Virus record (IMG/VR): IMGVR_UViG_3300002144_000089 | Span: 1,098 to 65,097 of that record | Direction: 5' to 3' (one strand) | Source: a virus | DNA: 64,000 nucleotides | Shown: positions 45,552-55,410 of the stretch, one piece after another | Layout: each line of letters begins with the position of its first letter | Position numbering within the stretch: the stretch's first letter is position 1 | Program-made: the position numbers and the translations under genes | The notes under the pieces: model-generated | Seen by the model: the letters and a program-made list of their open reading frames with translations, nothing else | The model's database searches: none | Told to the model about the DNA's origin: nothing

Positions 45552-46475
45552 ATGGCAGATATTACAGCAGCACGAATTAACAATTTACAATCTAGTATTG
45601 CACTTATATTAGGCACAGGTTCTGGACAAAACGGTTACGGACAGCCTGTTACTAGTTTACCAGTTAACAACACCGGAGACGTAGTTGAAGCTGCGGATAT
45701 TAACACAATATATGCAGACATTCTTAAAGCAAGAGTTCACCAAGTAGGCGCAGGCGATATTGGCATTGCTGAAGTTGTACAAAATCTTAATACAGTTGCT
45801 GAGGCAACAAGTACATTTGTTAGTAATGCTGGTATCACTAGTATCGACCCAGATGGATTTAAGAAAGGCATTTTAGATTTTGAAGGCCTTATGGCACAAG
45901 TCCAAGCGGATAAAGCAGTAATGCATCCTACACAAGCTGCATTAGAACCTGCAATATCAAGTGCTAGATCTAGTACATGGAATGGTTTGATTTATCACGA
46001 AGTAACTGCTACATTTAGTTCAGCCAACGCCAGACGCTTTTTCTTTAATACAGGCGGCGAAATTAGAATAAGTGCTAATAATACTGGAGCAGTAACTCCT
46101 AAAGGATTAGACTGGAATCAATTATGTTCGCAAGTAGGAACAATTAAATTTAGTGCAGAAACAACAGTTTCAACTACTGGCGGTGGCTCGTCGATTGGCA
46201 ATTACGATTTAACAAGTGCGTATCAAGATATATACACAAAAGTAGGCAGCGGTACATATAGTGCAGTATACGCTGGTAATATTTATACTGTTAAAGCACG
46301 TTCTGATATTGATACACGTATTATTTTTAGAATTGAATTTAACGATGTAGTATTTGACAACAATATTGATAATAACGTTGACGGTAGACTTGAAAGTATA
46401 ATACAACATTATCGTGCAAATAGCGGAGTTACAGTAGCTGCTCCGTCATATTTTAATACACACACATTGGCATAA
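45552..46475 (+). CDS. Virion structural protein (307 aa), paralog of the next gene
   Basis: Shares ARxN.L...LG.G....GYGQ and ARRFFFNTGGEIR motifs with 46538..48775. Confidence 0.65.
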   Translation: MADITAARINNLQSSIALILGTGSGQNGYGQPVTSLPVNNTGDVVEAADINTIYADILKARVHQVGAGDIGIAEVVQNLNTVAEATSTFVSNAGITSIDPDGFKKGILDFEGLMAQVQADKAVMHPTQAALEPAISSARSSTWNGLIYHEVTATFSSANARRFFFNTGGEIRISANNTGAVTPKGLDWNQLCSQVGTIKFSAETTVSTTGGGSSIGNYDLTSAYQDIYTKVGSGTYSAVYAGNIYTVKARSDIDTRIIFRIEFNDVVFDNNIDNNVDGRLESIIQHYRANSGVTVAAPSYFNTHTLA

Positions 46476-46505
46476 TCAGACTCTTTTGTATATAGAATAT
46501 TTTTA

Positions 46506-46513
46506 AATAAATA
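46506..46513 (+). promoter_or_regulatory. Late promoter variant AATAAATA
   Basis: Intergenic, 25 nt upstream of the ATG at 46538. Confidence 0.55.
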
Positions 46514-46537
46514 CTTTGATAATAAAAGAGATGATGA

Positions 46538-48775
46538 ATGCCAACAACAATACTAGCAAGTAGATATAATACACTTCGTAATCAAGTAAATTTAGTACTT
46601 GGTACTTCTGCTGATATTAGTGCTACTTATGGCTACGGCCAACCTTTTAGCACAAGCAGTGTAGTTGGTACACGAACAGCACCGACTGTAGCAGATGCAG
46701 ATAAAATATCTGCACAAGATTACGAAGATTTATATATTGATTTAATTAGGACACGTTCACATCAAGTTGGCGCATCGGTTGCAATTGATGAATTTGTAAT
46801 CGGCGATTACGAGGTTAATACTGCAACTGCTGATAAAATTGAAGAAGCATATATTTTAGGATTAGAATCTTTAGCAACTAGTATTGCTACTGATAGATTA
46901 ACTGTTGCTCCTGCTAACTTAACTATAGCTAGTTTACCAGCAGCAAGCAGCACTCGTCCTGCAAGCGCAGGTACATGGAACGGAACACTTAGTCATATTT
47001 TTACTGTAACATTTCCGTCTGTTGTTGCTAGGAGACATTTTTTTAACGCTGGCGGTGAAATTCGATTTAGTGCGTCAGTTGATTATACAGGAAGTCAAGC
47101 TAAAACAGTAGATTGGCAATCAATTTTAAGCATCATGGGAACAACTAGTTTCAAAGCAGAATCAACAGTTAATAATGTAGGAATTGGCTCTGGATCTAGT
47201 ATAGGCAATTATGATCTTAATTCGACATATCAATTAGTTTATTCTACAACCGGCGGCGCAGCCTATTCTCGCAATAGTTATAATATATATGCTACTAATG
47301 AAACAACATTAGATGGTACATCTGCTATAAAATTTAAAGTAGAGTTTACAGACGGACTTCCTAATGATCTTACTTTTGGTATTGATGAAGCAGTATTTGG
47401 TACATTTAATAGTATTATATCAACAGCAACTCCTAGCAGTCAAATATCTATTAACGGAACAGTGCATGATGCAGTTATTATTGATTCTCCGCCAGTAGGA
47501 GCAACCATAAGAACATTATCAGGTGTTCTTACACCGAGTTATAATATTAGCGGACCTGCAAACGTTAACGAAGGTGCAAGTTCAGCATTTACAATTACAA
47601 CCACTAATGTTTCAAACTCTACAACGGTATATTGGTCAACAAATGCAGTATCCGGCGGCCAGCCAACTGGCACAGATTTTACCGATGGAGTAACATCTGG
47701 TACAGTTACTATTAATAACAACACCGGTACAATTGCACGAACACTTAGCAATGACTTGACAACAGAAGGAGTTGAAAGTTTTTCAATTAGCTTACGGTCG
47801 GGCTCAGTTTCTGGAACAATACTAGCAACTAGCGGCATTGTTGCTATTGGTGATACTAGCACAACACCGGCAGCGTCACCTCCTCCCCCAGATCCGAGTC
47901 CGCCTCCGGGTCCAACTCCTACAGAATTTACTTTCTCAGTCAGTCCTGCTTCTGACATGAACTTTAATATACCGATATCTCAAGGCACTGTTAGCTATGC
48001 ATATACAGTAACTTGCAGCAGTGGAAGCGGATCGATCACAGTTCAAGAAATAAGTAGACCTAGTCAGTGGAATGTATACGTAGACGGAGTAAGTAGTCCA
48101 GGAGCATCAACTACTTTCTCAATGAGCGCCGGCCAGAGTCGTTCGGTTATCCTTGGCATAGAACCATTAACTGTTGGCACAGGCACTGGCGGATTTGCCT
48201 TTTTAAAAGCTGAAGGTGACGGCCAGCGGTTTGATAGAAGTTGGTCAGGAACTGCAAGGCCGGCAGAACCGAGTATTAGCTTTACTCCGAGCTCTGGATA
48301 TATCAATGATACAACTTATACACTATCATGGGATGATGCTGATGCAGGAGCAAGGACAGTTACACTAAATTCTCCTGAAGGACCGACATATAATACTACT
48401 GATCCTAGCGGGTCTACATCAAGCACATTGGGTATAGTCGGTACATGGAGTGCAACAATTGATACTAGTGGCGGAAGCGCATCTGCATCAGTAACCGTAA
48501 GTTCTCCTCCTCCGCCTCCTCCTGTAATACCGGCACCTAGTATTAGCTTTACACCGAGCTCTGGAACTATTAATAGTACCGTATATACTATATCTTGGAA
48601 TGCTAATGGAGCATCATCAACAAGTGTAGTTATTACAGGGCCAGATGGCGGAACTATTCCTTTCAGCGAACCTTCTGGTAGTATATCAAGTACATTGGGT
48701 ATAGTTGGTACATGGAGTGCTAGTATATCAACCGCCGGCGGATCAGCAAGCGATAGTGTTCAAGTAAATCCATAA
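46538..48775 (+). CDS. Virion structural protein (745 aa) with Calx-beta/Ig-like C-terminal domains and polyproline linkers
   Basis: N-terminal domain paralogous to the previous gene (ARRHFFNAGGEIR); NVNEGASSAFTITT...TTEGVESF Calx-like module; SPPPP linkers; duplicated ~85-aa domains. Confidence 0.7.
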   Translation: MPTTILASRYNTLRNQVNLVLGTSADISATYGYGQPFSTSSVVGTRTAPTVADADKISAQDYEDLYIDLIRTRSHQVGASVAIDEFVIGDYEVNTATADKIEEAYILGLESLATSIATDRLTVAPANLTIASLPAASSTRPASAGTWNGTLSHIFTVTFPSVVARRHFFNAGGEIRFSASVDYTGSQAKTVDWQSILSIMGTTSFKAESTVNNVGIGSGSSIGNYDLNSTYQLVYSTTGGAAYSRNSYNIYATNETTLDGTSAIKFKVEFTDGLPNDLTFGIDEAVFGTFNSIISTATPSSQISINGTVHDAVIIDSPPVGATIRTLSGVLTPSYNISGPANVNEGASSAFTITTTNVSNSTTVYWSTNAVSGGQPTGTDFTDGVTSGTVTINNNTGTIARTLSNDLTTEGVESFSISLRSGSVSGTILATSGIVAIGDTSTTPAASPPPPDPSPPPGPTPTEFTFSVSPASDMNFNIPISQGTVSYAYTVTCSSGSGSITVQEISRPSQWNVYVDGVSSPGASTTFSMSAGQSRSVILGIEPLTVGTGTGGFAFLKAEGDGQRFDRSWSGTARPAEPSISFTPSSGYINDTTYTLSWDDADAGARTVTLNSPEGPTYNTTDPSGSTSSTLGIVGTWSATIDTSGGSASASVTVSSPPPPPPVIPAPSISFTPSSGTINSTVYTISWNANGASSTSVVITGPDGGTIPFSEPSGSISSTLGIVGTWSASISTAGGSASDSVQVNP
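48262..48772 (+). repeat. Two-copy ~270-bp internal duplication (PSISFTPSSG.IN.T.YT.SW...SSTLGIVGTWSA)
   Basis: Compare GAGTATTAGCTTTACTCCGAGCTCTGG (~48271) with TAGTATTAGCTTTACACCGAGCTCTGG (~48538); ACATTGGGTATAGT.GGTACATGGAGTGC occurs twice. Confidence 0.85.
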
Positions 48776-48786
48776 CCATTCTCTTC

Positions 48787-48815
48787 TTGACAAATTGTTA
48801 GTTTCAATATATACT
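48787..48815 (+). promoter_or_regulatory. sigma70-type promoter TTGACA-17-TATACT for the enzyme cluster
   Basis: -35 at 48787-48792, -10 at 48810-48815; AGGAG RBS before the ATG at 48842. Confidence 0.8.
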
Positions 48816-48841
48816 AGTAATAATAAACTAGGAGTTTAACT

Positions 48842-49192
48842 ATGGATGAACGATTAGAAAAAGCATTGAACTTTTCTAACTACATGCTAACACTTAATAA
48901 TCAAAAAAGATTGATAGCAGAAAAATATCAAGAAGAACTAATTTATTTTTACAACGGGTCTCAGTTTAGTGTTACACGAGAATTAATTACATTTGTAAAC
49001 TTAATGATAACTGCTGATCAAGACGATATTGTTATAACTGATGACAATAGTATTCCGTGTTTTATTGAAAATTTGTCAGAATTTTACGATGAAATTGTAA
49101 GTGTATACATGCTGGCATCTAATAGATATCATGCAGAATATTCAAAATTAAAAGCAAACCGTAGCGTAGAGAAATTAGTTGATTATGAGTAA
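48842..49192 (+). CDS. Hypothetical 116-aa protein, possibly tail-fibre-assembly-chaperone-like
   Basis: Strong RBS; helical; follows the fibre module. Function is a guess from position. Confidence 0.6.
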   Translation: MDERLEKALNFSNYMLTLNNQKRLIAEKYQEELIYFYNGSQFSVTRELITFVNLMITADQDDIVITDDNSIPCFIENLSEFYDEIVSVYMLASNRYHAEYSKLKANRSVEKLVDYE

Positions 49193-50036
49193 AGGTGCAT
49201 TTTTAATTGCACGAAATAACGGCCATATTGACTATGTAAAACAGGCAGTATTTCTTGCAAGGCGAATAAAAAAATATTTAGACGTTCCTGTAACTATTGC
49301 TACTGACAGTGTTGATTATTTAGAATCAACTTTTGGTGTAGCAGATTTTGATAGAGTCATTAGGCTAGAAAATACGCAAGATAGTAATTTACGTTATTAT
49401 TTTGACGGTACTTTATCTAAACAAACAGCTAGTTTTAAAAATAACAACCGTGCAAGTGTTTATGATCTTTCTCCGTACGACGAAACACTGTTATTAGATA
49501 CCGATTATATTATTTCAAACGAGTTATTAAAGTCAACTTTTGACTCAACATTTGACTTTATGTTATATAAGAAATCTAGTGACGTTGCAAACGTGCGCGA
49601 CAAAAGAGAATTTGATAAAGTAAGCAACACTGGGGTTGATTTTTATTGGGCTACTGTTGTATTTTTTAGAAAAACAGAAACTAATAAAATATTCTTTGAC
49701 CTTGTTGCGCATATAGAACAAGAATGGAATCATTATAGACGAGTTTACCAAATAACTTCTAGTTTATTTAGAAACGACTATGCTTTTAGTATTGCAATTC
49801 ATATAATGAATGGGTTTGTACCTGGAGATTTTGCACAGCAATTGCCAGGTAGTATGATGTATACCACTGATAAAGATGTATTATGGCAGCTTAATGACGA
49901 CGAAATGATGTTTTTAGTAGAAAAGAAAGAATACTTAGGCGAATATACTGCACTAAAGACGTCAGGACAAACTATTCATGTTATGAATAAATCTAGTCTC
50001 AATAGAATAATTGATCAGGAGTTTGCAAATGACTAA
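49185..50036 (+). CDS. Putative GT-A fold nucleotide-diphospho-sugar transferase
   Basis: DxD motif LLLDTDY after RASVYDLSPYDET; FRNDYAFSIA; start set to the ATG at 49185. Confidence 0.65.
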   Translation: MSKGAFLIARNNGHIDYVKQAVFLARRIKKYLDVPVTIATDSVDYLESTFGVADFDRVIRLENTQDSNLRYYFDGTLSKQTASFKNNNRASVYDLSPYDETLLLDTDYIISNELLKSTFDSTFDFMLYKKSSDVANVRDKREFDKVSNTGVDFYWATVVFFRKTETNKIFFDLVAHIEQEWNHYRRVYQITSSLFRNDYAFSIAIHIMNGFVPGDFAQQLPGSMMYTTDKDVLWQLNDDEMMFLVEKKEYLGEYTALKTSGQTIHVMNKSSLNRIIDQEFAND

Positions 50037-50871
50037 AGGAATTGTAGTTCTTGCACAAAATAACACAACTGACAATTATGTAGAACAGGCGTGTTTATTG
50101 GCAATGAGTTTGAAGCTGCACAACACCGTTCCTATTAGTATAGTTACTAATGATATAGTGCCGGACGAATATTGTCATTTGTTTGATCAGATTATTCCTA
50201 TTCCGTGGGGTGATTCTGCAGCCTCATCAGATTGGAAAATTGAAAATAGATGGAAGTTGTATTATGCTACTCCATATAGAGAAACAATTATAATGGATAC
50301 TGATATGTTAGTGTTACAAAACATTGACACTTGGTGGGATTTCTTATCAAAATACGAACTATTTTTTACAAGTAAGGTTTTAACTTATAGAGGCACGCCT
50401 GCTAATACTAGTTACTATAGAAGAACGTTTATTGATAATAATTTACCAAATTTATTCAGCGGATTACATTATTTTAAGAAGTGCGATTTTGCACATAAGT
50501 TTTATAACTTGTTAGATATAGTAGTAAAAAACTGGAAACCGTTTTATGAACAACATCTAGAAGCAACGCATCGACCTAAACATATGAGCATTGATGTGTG
50601 CGCAGCAATTGTTACACGTATATTAGATTGCGAATCTAAAATTACAAACACAGTGGTTACGTACCCTAGTTTTACTCATATGAAACCGCATTGTCAAGAC
50701 TGGCACGAAGTTTACATTAATTGGCAAGATCAAATTGGAGTTTATATTTCAAAAGACGGAAGTTTAAAAATTGGAAATTATGCACAAACAGGAATTTTAC
50801 ATTATACTGAAAACGACTTTTTGACAAAGACTCCTGTTGTAGAAATATATAGGAGTTTGTTAAATGTCTAA
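50029..50871 (+). CDS. Putative GT-A fold glycosyltransferase, paralog of the previous gene
   Basis: KIENRWKLYYATPYRETIIMDTDM (DxD), C-terminal ILHY; ATG at 50029 with AGGAG RBS overlapping the previous gene. Confidence 0.65.
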   Translation: MTKGIVVLAQNNTTDNYVEQACLLAMSLKLHNTVPISIVTNDIVPDEYCHLFDQIIPIPWGDSAASSDWKIENRWKLYYATPYRETIIMDTDMLVLQNIDTWWDFLSKYELFFTSKVLTYRGTPANTSYYRRTFIDNNLPNLFSGLHYFKKCDFAHKFYNLLDIVVKNWKPFYEQHLEATHRPKHMSIDVCAAIVTRILDCESKITNTVVTYPSFTHMKPHCQDWHEVYINWQDQIGVYISKDGSLKIGNYAQTGILHYTENDFLTKTPVVEIYRSLLNV

Positions 50872-51529
50872 TCTACACGATTTAATTAAAAATTTGCAAG
50901 TTGGTGTAATTAGTACTAATTCATATGTATACTACGATAAAGACTCTGGCAAAATACATAAGATTAGCTCAACAAATACACCTGATGAGAATTTTGAAAT
51001 TGTTGCAATCCCAAATAAAGAAGTAAATCCTATTCTTACAGGAGAAAAGCGTATAGACGAGTTTGTTATATTTTATGATGTTAGTTTAAAACAAATACGT
51101 CTAAAGCCTGTTACCTTTACTGGAATCCAATATACTGCATCTAATACATGTTATCAGTTACCTATTACAAATTCTGTTCTGTGTCACCAACTGCCTGTTG
51201 TTAGCACTAACAAGAATTCTGCTATTGACGATAATGATATTGTTGTGCAACAAGATATTGTTAAAAAACAATGGAATATTTTAATTAACCCGCATACTAA
51301 GAACTTCTTAATTAAAAATACTCACGGCTATGATGAGACATTAAATTTTAGTGTTACATCAAAGCACGATCCAAATATATTTTATAGAAGTTTAGAATGC
51401 ACAGTAGGAGATTTATTGTCTGACGATATTACAAGTATACCGTTCAAATATGAAACAGAAAGTAGTGTAGATGACGTAAGTATATATACAGCAAAATACT
51501 TTGACAACTATGTACACGAGGTTATTTAA
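50864..51529 (+). CDS. Hypothetical 221-aa protein
   Basis: Translationally coupled with an AGGAG RBS; no motif recognised. Confidence 0.6.
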   Translation: MSNLHDLIKNLQVGVISTNSYVYYDKDSGKIHKISSTNTPDENFEIVAIPNKEVNPILTGEKRIDEFVIFYDVSLKQIRLKPVTFTGIQYTASNTCYQLPITNSVLCHQLPVVSTNKNSAIDDNDIVVQQDIVKKQWNILINPHTKNFLIKNTHGYDETLNFSVTSKHDPNIFYRSLECTVGDLLSDDITSIPFKYETESSVDDVSIYTAKYFDNYVHEVI

Positions 51530-52443
51530 TGGCAAAATTTAAACCAATCGACTGCGATATCATCTACCTTAGTTACGATGAACCAAACGCAGAAAAAAAC
51601 TACGCAGACTTACTTACTAAAGTGCCGTGGGCAAAACGGGTACACGGCGTAGAAGGTAGTGATGCAGCGCACAAAGCATGTGCTAGACTAAGTGAAACAG
51701 ATCGATTTATTACTGTTGACGGTGACAATCGTATTAAGGAAGAGTTTTTAAATCAAGAAATTGATTTTGATGAGCATGCTGATTTAAGCAGTAGTGTAAT
51801 TAGTTGGGCTGGAAAAAATGTTATCAATGGATTGATCTACGGCAACGGTGGATTAAAATGTTGGCCTAAAGAATATGTACTCAAAATGAAAACACATGAG
51901 AATGCTGATCCGAATAATCAACATGCCCAAGTTGATTTTTGTTGGGATACAAAGTATATACAAATGGAAGGCACATACTGCGATGTGCATAACAACTCTA
52001 CTGCACAACAAGCATGGCGAGCAGGTTTCCGTGAAGGTGTCAAGATGGCACTGGACCGCGGCTTGCGTGTTACTAAAGAAGAATTTGTAAAACTGCATTG
52101 GAAGAATCTACACAGACTTTATATTTGGCTCATGGTAGGAGCAGATGCAGAAAACGGTAACTGGGCTATACTTGGATCAAGAGCTGGATTATACATGACA
52201 ATGTGTACAGACTGGGACTTTGTTAATGTTCGCGATTTTGAATATCTAAATGATTTATGGAAAGTTTCTTTTGAGTCAATTGAAGATGTTGAGTATGAAA
52301 TAGAAGAATATGGTATTAAATTAATTGATCAACTGGATATTCCTATTGCTGAAGTGCCGTTAAATGCGCAACAAAGTAAATTCTTTAAAACAATTTACCA
52401 AAATCCTATGCGCATGTCAAACAAGTTTATGGAAAAAGAATGA
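51529..52443 (+). CDS. Putative GT2-like glycosyltransferase
   Basis: IIYLSYDEPNAEKNY, RVHGVEG, FITVDGDN (DxD), YGNGGLK, AWRAGFREGVK. Confidence 0.6.
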   Translation: MAKFKPIDCDIIYLSYDEPNAEKNYADLLTKVPWAKRVHGVEGSDAAHKACARLSETDRFITVDGDNRIKEEFLNQEIDFDEHADLSSSVISWAGKNVINGLIYGNGGLKCWPKEYVLKMKTHENADPNNQHAQVDFCWDTKYIQMEGTYCDVHNNSTAQQAWRAGFREGVKMALDRGLRVTKEEFVKLHWKNLHRLYIWLMVGADAENGNWAILGSRAGLYMTMCTDWDFVNVRDFEYLNDLWKVSFESIEDVEYEIEEYGIKLIDQLDIPIAEVPLNAQQSKFFKTIYQNPMRMSNKFMEKE

Positions 52444-53699
52444 AAAAAGATACACTATGTACAATACCTTGGATGCATTTAAATTTTGAACCAAATGGCA
52501 AAGTTGTTCCGTGTTGCTTAACTTCTTCGCACAACTATTTTGCAGGAGATCTTAATACAGAAAGTATTCAAGAAATTTGGAATAGTGACAACATGAAAGC
52601 TCTTCGAAAAGAGATGCTTAATGGTGTTGAACCAAAGATATGTGACAAGTGTTTTAATAAAGAAAAAGTTACGCCTGAAAGTGGAAGATTTTTTAATAAC
52701 AGAGATTTTCCAGAAGTATTAGAAAAAATTCCAGAAATAACATTAGAAGATGGTACGTGTACTGAAATGGATTTAAAATATTGGGATTTTAGATTTAGTA
52801 ACTTGTGTAATTTTAAATGTCGTAGCTGCGGCCCTCGGTATAGCAGTGCTTGGGTACCTGATGCTAAAAAACTAGGTTACACAGATCAAGAAAAAGTATG
52901 GAGCATCGGATCAGTTGATGATCAAACTAATTTTGATTTCCTCAAAGACCAAATTGATGTTGTAAAGCGTATATATTTTGCAGGCGGCGAACCTTTATTG
53001 ATGCCCGAGCATTGGCAAATTTTAGACATGTTAGTCGAAAAAGAAAGATTTGATGTTAAGTTAAGTTACAACACTAATGCATCTGTTTTGTCTTACGGTA
53101 AGAAACATATTCTTGATTACTGGAGTAAATGGAAGTTTGGAAAATTAGAAGTGTGGCCAAGTATTGACGAGATAGGCGAAAGAGCAGAATTAATAAGATC
53201 AGGAACAGTATGGTCTAAGGTTGAAGAAAATTTAATAGAACTTACAAAGTATGAAAATATTATATTACGACCTGGTCTTACTATAGGTGCTTGGAATGTG
53301 CATCGATTGCCCGAAATTATCAATCATTTAATTTCTTTAGGAGTAATCAAAGGTCCTAATCCAAAAATAAAAGGTATTAAGTATAATAACTTCTTTATTA
53401 ATTTATTAGAACACCCTGTGCATTATCATGTAAGCATTTTATCTGATGAATATAGAGAACAAATATCTGCAAAGTTAAATGCATTTATTATAGAATATAA
53501 CGAAAAGTACAACACAGATATTGCACCGACGTTTGTACACATTTTATCTGAACTAAAGAAACCTTTTAATTTAAAAGCTGCAAAAAAATTCTTAGAATTA
53601 ACTAATCAGTTAGATAAGTTACGCAATGAAGATACTTTTAAAGTATTGCCAGAAATGGAAGATGTTAAACGTAGTGTAGAGAGGCACATAAATGTATGA
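52440..53699 (+). CDS. Radical SAM enzyme with N-terminal SPASM/twitch-like domain
   Basis: CNFKCRSC, YFAGGEP, YNTN; N-terminal CTIPW...PCC...CDKC. Confidence 0.9.
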   Translation: MKKDTLCTIPWMHLNFEPNGKVVPCCLTSSHNYFAGDLNTESIQEIWNSDNMKALRKEMLNGVEPKICDKCFNKEKVTPESGRFFNNRDFPEVLEKIPEITLEDGTCTEMDLKYWDFRFSNLCNFKCRSCGPRYSSAWVPDAKKLGYTDQEKVWSIGSVDDQTNFDFLKDQIDVVKRIYFAGGEPLLMPEHWQILDMLVEKERFDVKLSYNTNASVLSYGKKHILDYWSKWKFGKLEVWPSIDEIGERAELIRSGTVWSKVEENLIELTKYENIILRPGLTIGAWNVHRLPEIINHLISLGVIKGPNPKIKGIKYNNFFINLLEHPVHYHVSILSDEYREQISAKLNAFIIEYNEKYNTDIAPTFVHILSELKKPFNLKAAKKFLELTNQLDKLRNEDTFKVLPEMEDVKRSVERHINV

Positions 53700-54366
53700 T
53701 ATTGTTTTCATAAGCTATAATGAACCTACTGCTGATGCAAATTATGCAGCACTAAAGGAAAGATTTCCAATAGCTAAACGAGTTCACGGTGTAAAAGGCA
53801 TTCATCAAGCACACATTAAAGCAGCAAAAAAGTGCTTTACTAAAATGGTATGGATTGTTGATGCAGATGCAGTAATTAAAGAAGATTTTAACTTTGAATA
53901 TGAAGTGCCCGATCATCAATTAGATCACGTACACGTTTGGCGCAGTCAAAATCCGATTAATGATCTAGTCTACGGGTACGGCGGCATTAAGTTATTTCCA
54001 CGAAAAATGACAATTGATATGGATGTTAGTAAGCCTGACATGACTACAAGCATTAGTAATAATTTTGTATTAATGCCTTATATTGCAAATGTTACTGCGT
54101 TTAATACAGGCGAGTTTGAAACTTGGAAAAGTGCATTTAGAGAATGTTGTAAACTTGCAAGCAAAGTTATTGATAGACAAAAGTCAGAAGAAACTGATAA
54201 AAGATTGCACACATGGTGTACAATAGGAGAAGATCGTCCATTTGGTAGCTATGCTATTCAAGGTGCAAAAGCAGGCGCAGCATATGGCGCAAGAAATCGA
54301 GGCAATGCAGAAGCACTTAAACAAATTAACGACTTCGATTGGTTAAAGGAAAAGTTTAATGAGTAA
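53692..54366 (+). CDS. Putative GT2-like glycosyltransferase, paralog of 51529..52443
   Basis: IVFISYNEPTADANY, RVHGVKG, WIVDADA (DxD), YGYGGIK, WKSAFRECCK. Confidence 0.6.
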   Translation: MYDIVFISYNEPTADANYAALKERFPIAKRVHGVKGIHQAHIKAAKKCFTKMVWIVDADAVIKEDFNFEYEVPDHQLDHVHVWRSQNPINDLVYGYGGIKLFPRKMTIDMDVSKPDMTTSISNNFVLMPYIANVTAFNTGEFETWKSAFRECCKLASKVIDRQKSEETDKRLHTWCTIGEDRPFGSYAIQGAKAGAAYGARNRGNAEALKQINDFDWLKEKFNE

Positions 54367-55192
54367 TGAAAGTACTTTAAGCTGGGTAAGAGGTCTATCA
54401 GAATATTTAAGATTTGTTGATGATAAAGAAGCAAAAAAGTTTATTGATTTTTTAGAACAAGCTATGTATGCAGATTCGCCAGTAATTGATGATACTAATC
54501 AAGCAGGAATGATTGAATTTATAAGTGTATTAAGAAAGTTTACACCAAACCCAATTTTTGATATATTTCATAAGTATTACAGATTAGGTAATAACCCATT
54601 ATTGCTACAAGATGCATTTAGTAGAGGACAGGTATTAAGTAAAATCTGGTTAGCTGAAGAATTATTAAAAATTAAAAATAATTTTGAAATGATTCATGTA
54701 CATGCAGGATGGTTTGGACAGCTACGTCTTTACCTTGATGCAGCAAATATCTCTTATAATAAAATGAGAATTTTTGATATTGATCCAGCTGCACTAGAAG
54801 TGAGCGACAAAATTTTTAATAATGATAAAATTAAAGACTTTGAAGTAAAATCTGCAAGTTTAGATATTACAAATCCTACTTGGTTATTTAGAACAGGATG
54901 CGAATATAATATAACTGCTACATCTAAAGAAAAAACAATACCTGATCTTGTAGTTAATACTAGCGCAGAACACTTTAACGAAGATTGGTATACTAAATTT
55001 ACTATTAGAACTCAAAGCAGTGATCCTCTTTTTGTAATTCAAACAAACAATTTATTTGAGGTAGAAGAACACATAAACTGTGTACACAGTATAAATGAAA
55101 TGTTAATTAAATTTCCAATGACACGGATCGAATATGCAGGCGAAAAAGAACTATTTGGTTATAAAAGATTTATGTTGATTGGTAGACCATGA
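54359..55192 (+). CDS. Class I SAM-dependent methyltransferase-like protein
   Basis: AFSRGQVLSKIWL, HAGWFGQL (degenerate motif I), FDIDP, VVNTSAEH. Confidence 0.6.
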   Translation: MSNESTLSWVRGLSEYLRFVDDKEAKKFIDFLEQAMYADSPVIDDTNQAGMIEFISVLRKFTPNPIFDIFHKYYRLGNNPLLLQDAFSRGQVLSKIWLAEELLKIKNNFEMIHVHAGWFGQLRLYLDAANISYNKMRIFDIDPAALEVSDKIFNNDKIKDFEVKSASLDITNPTWLFRTGCEYNITATSKEKTIPDLVVNTSAEHFNEDWYTKFTIRTQSSDPLFVIQTNNLFEVEEHINCVHSINEMLIKFPMTRIEYAGEKELFGYKRFMLIGRP

Positions 55193-55410
55193 ATATAGAT
55201 GATTTAAGTTTAAGAGAATTGCAAAAGGAAAGCGCTCGTGCGCTAAGTACTATAGACGCAACAAATAATAACATATGGCAGTTTAACAAGCAAGCACATC
55301 ATAATAGCCAAAATTGGTATACAGCAGTTATTAAATGGTATGTAGAACAGTACGGCGACTTACCGAGTAAAGTTGGCCCAGGTAAGGATGTAAAATTAAT
55401 ATTGGAATGA
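55189..55410 (+). CDS. Hypothetical 73-aa protein
   Basis: ATGA overlap with the previous stop. Confidence 0.6.
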   Translation: MNIDDLSLRELQKESARALSTIDATNNNIWQFNKQAHHNSQNWYTAVIKWYVEQYGDLPSKVGPGKDVKLILE

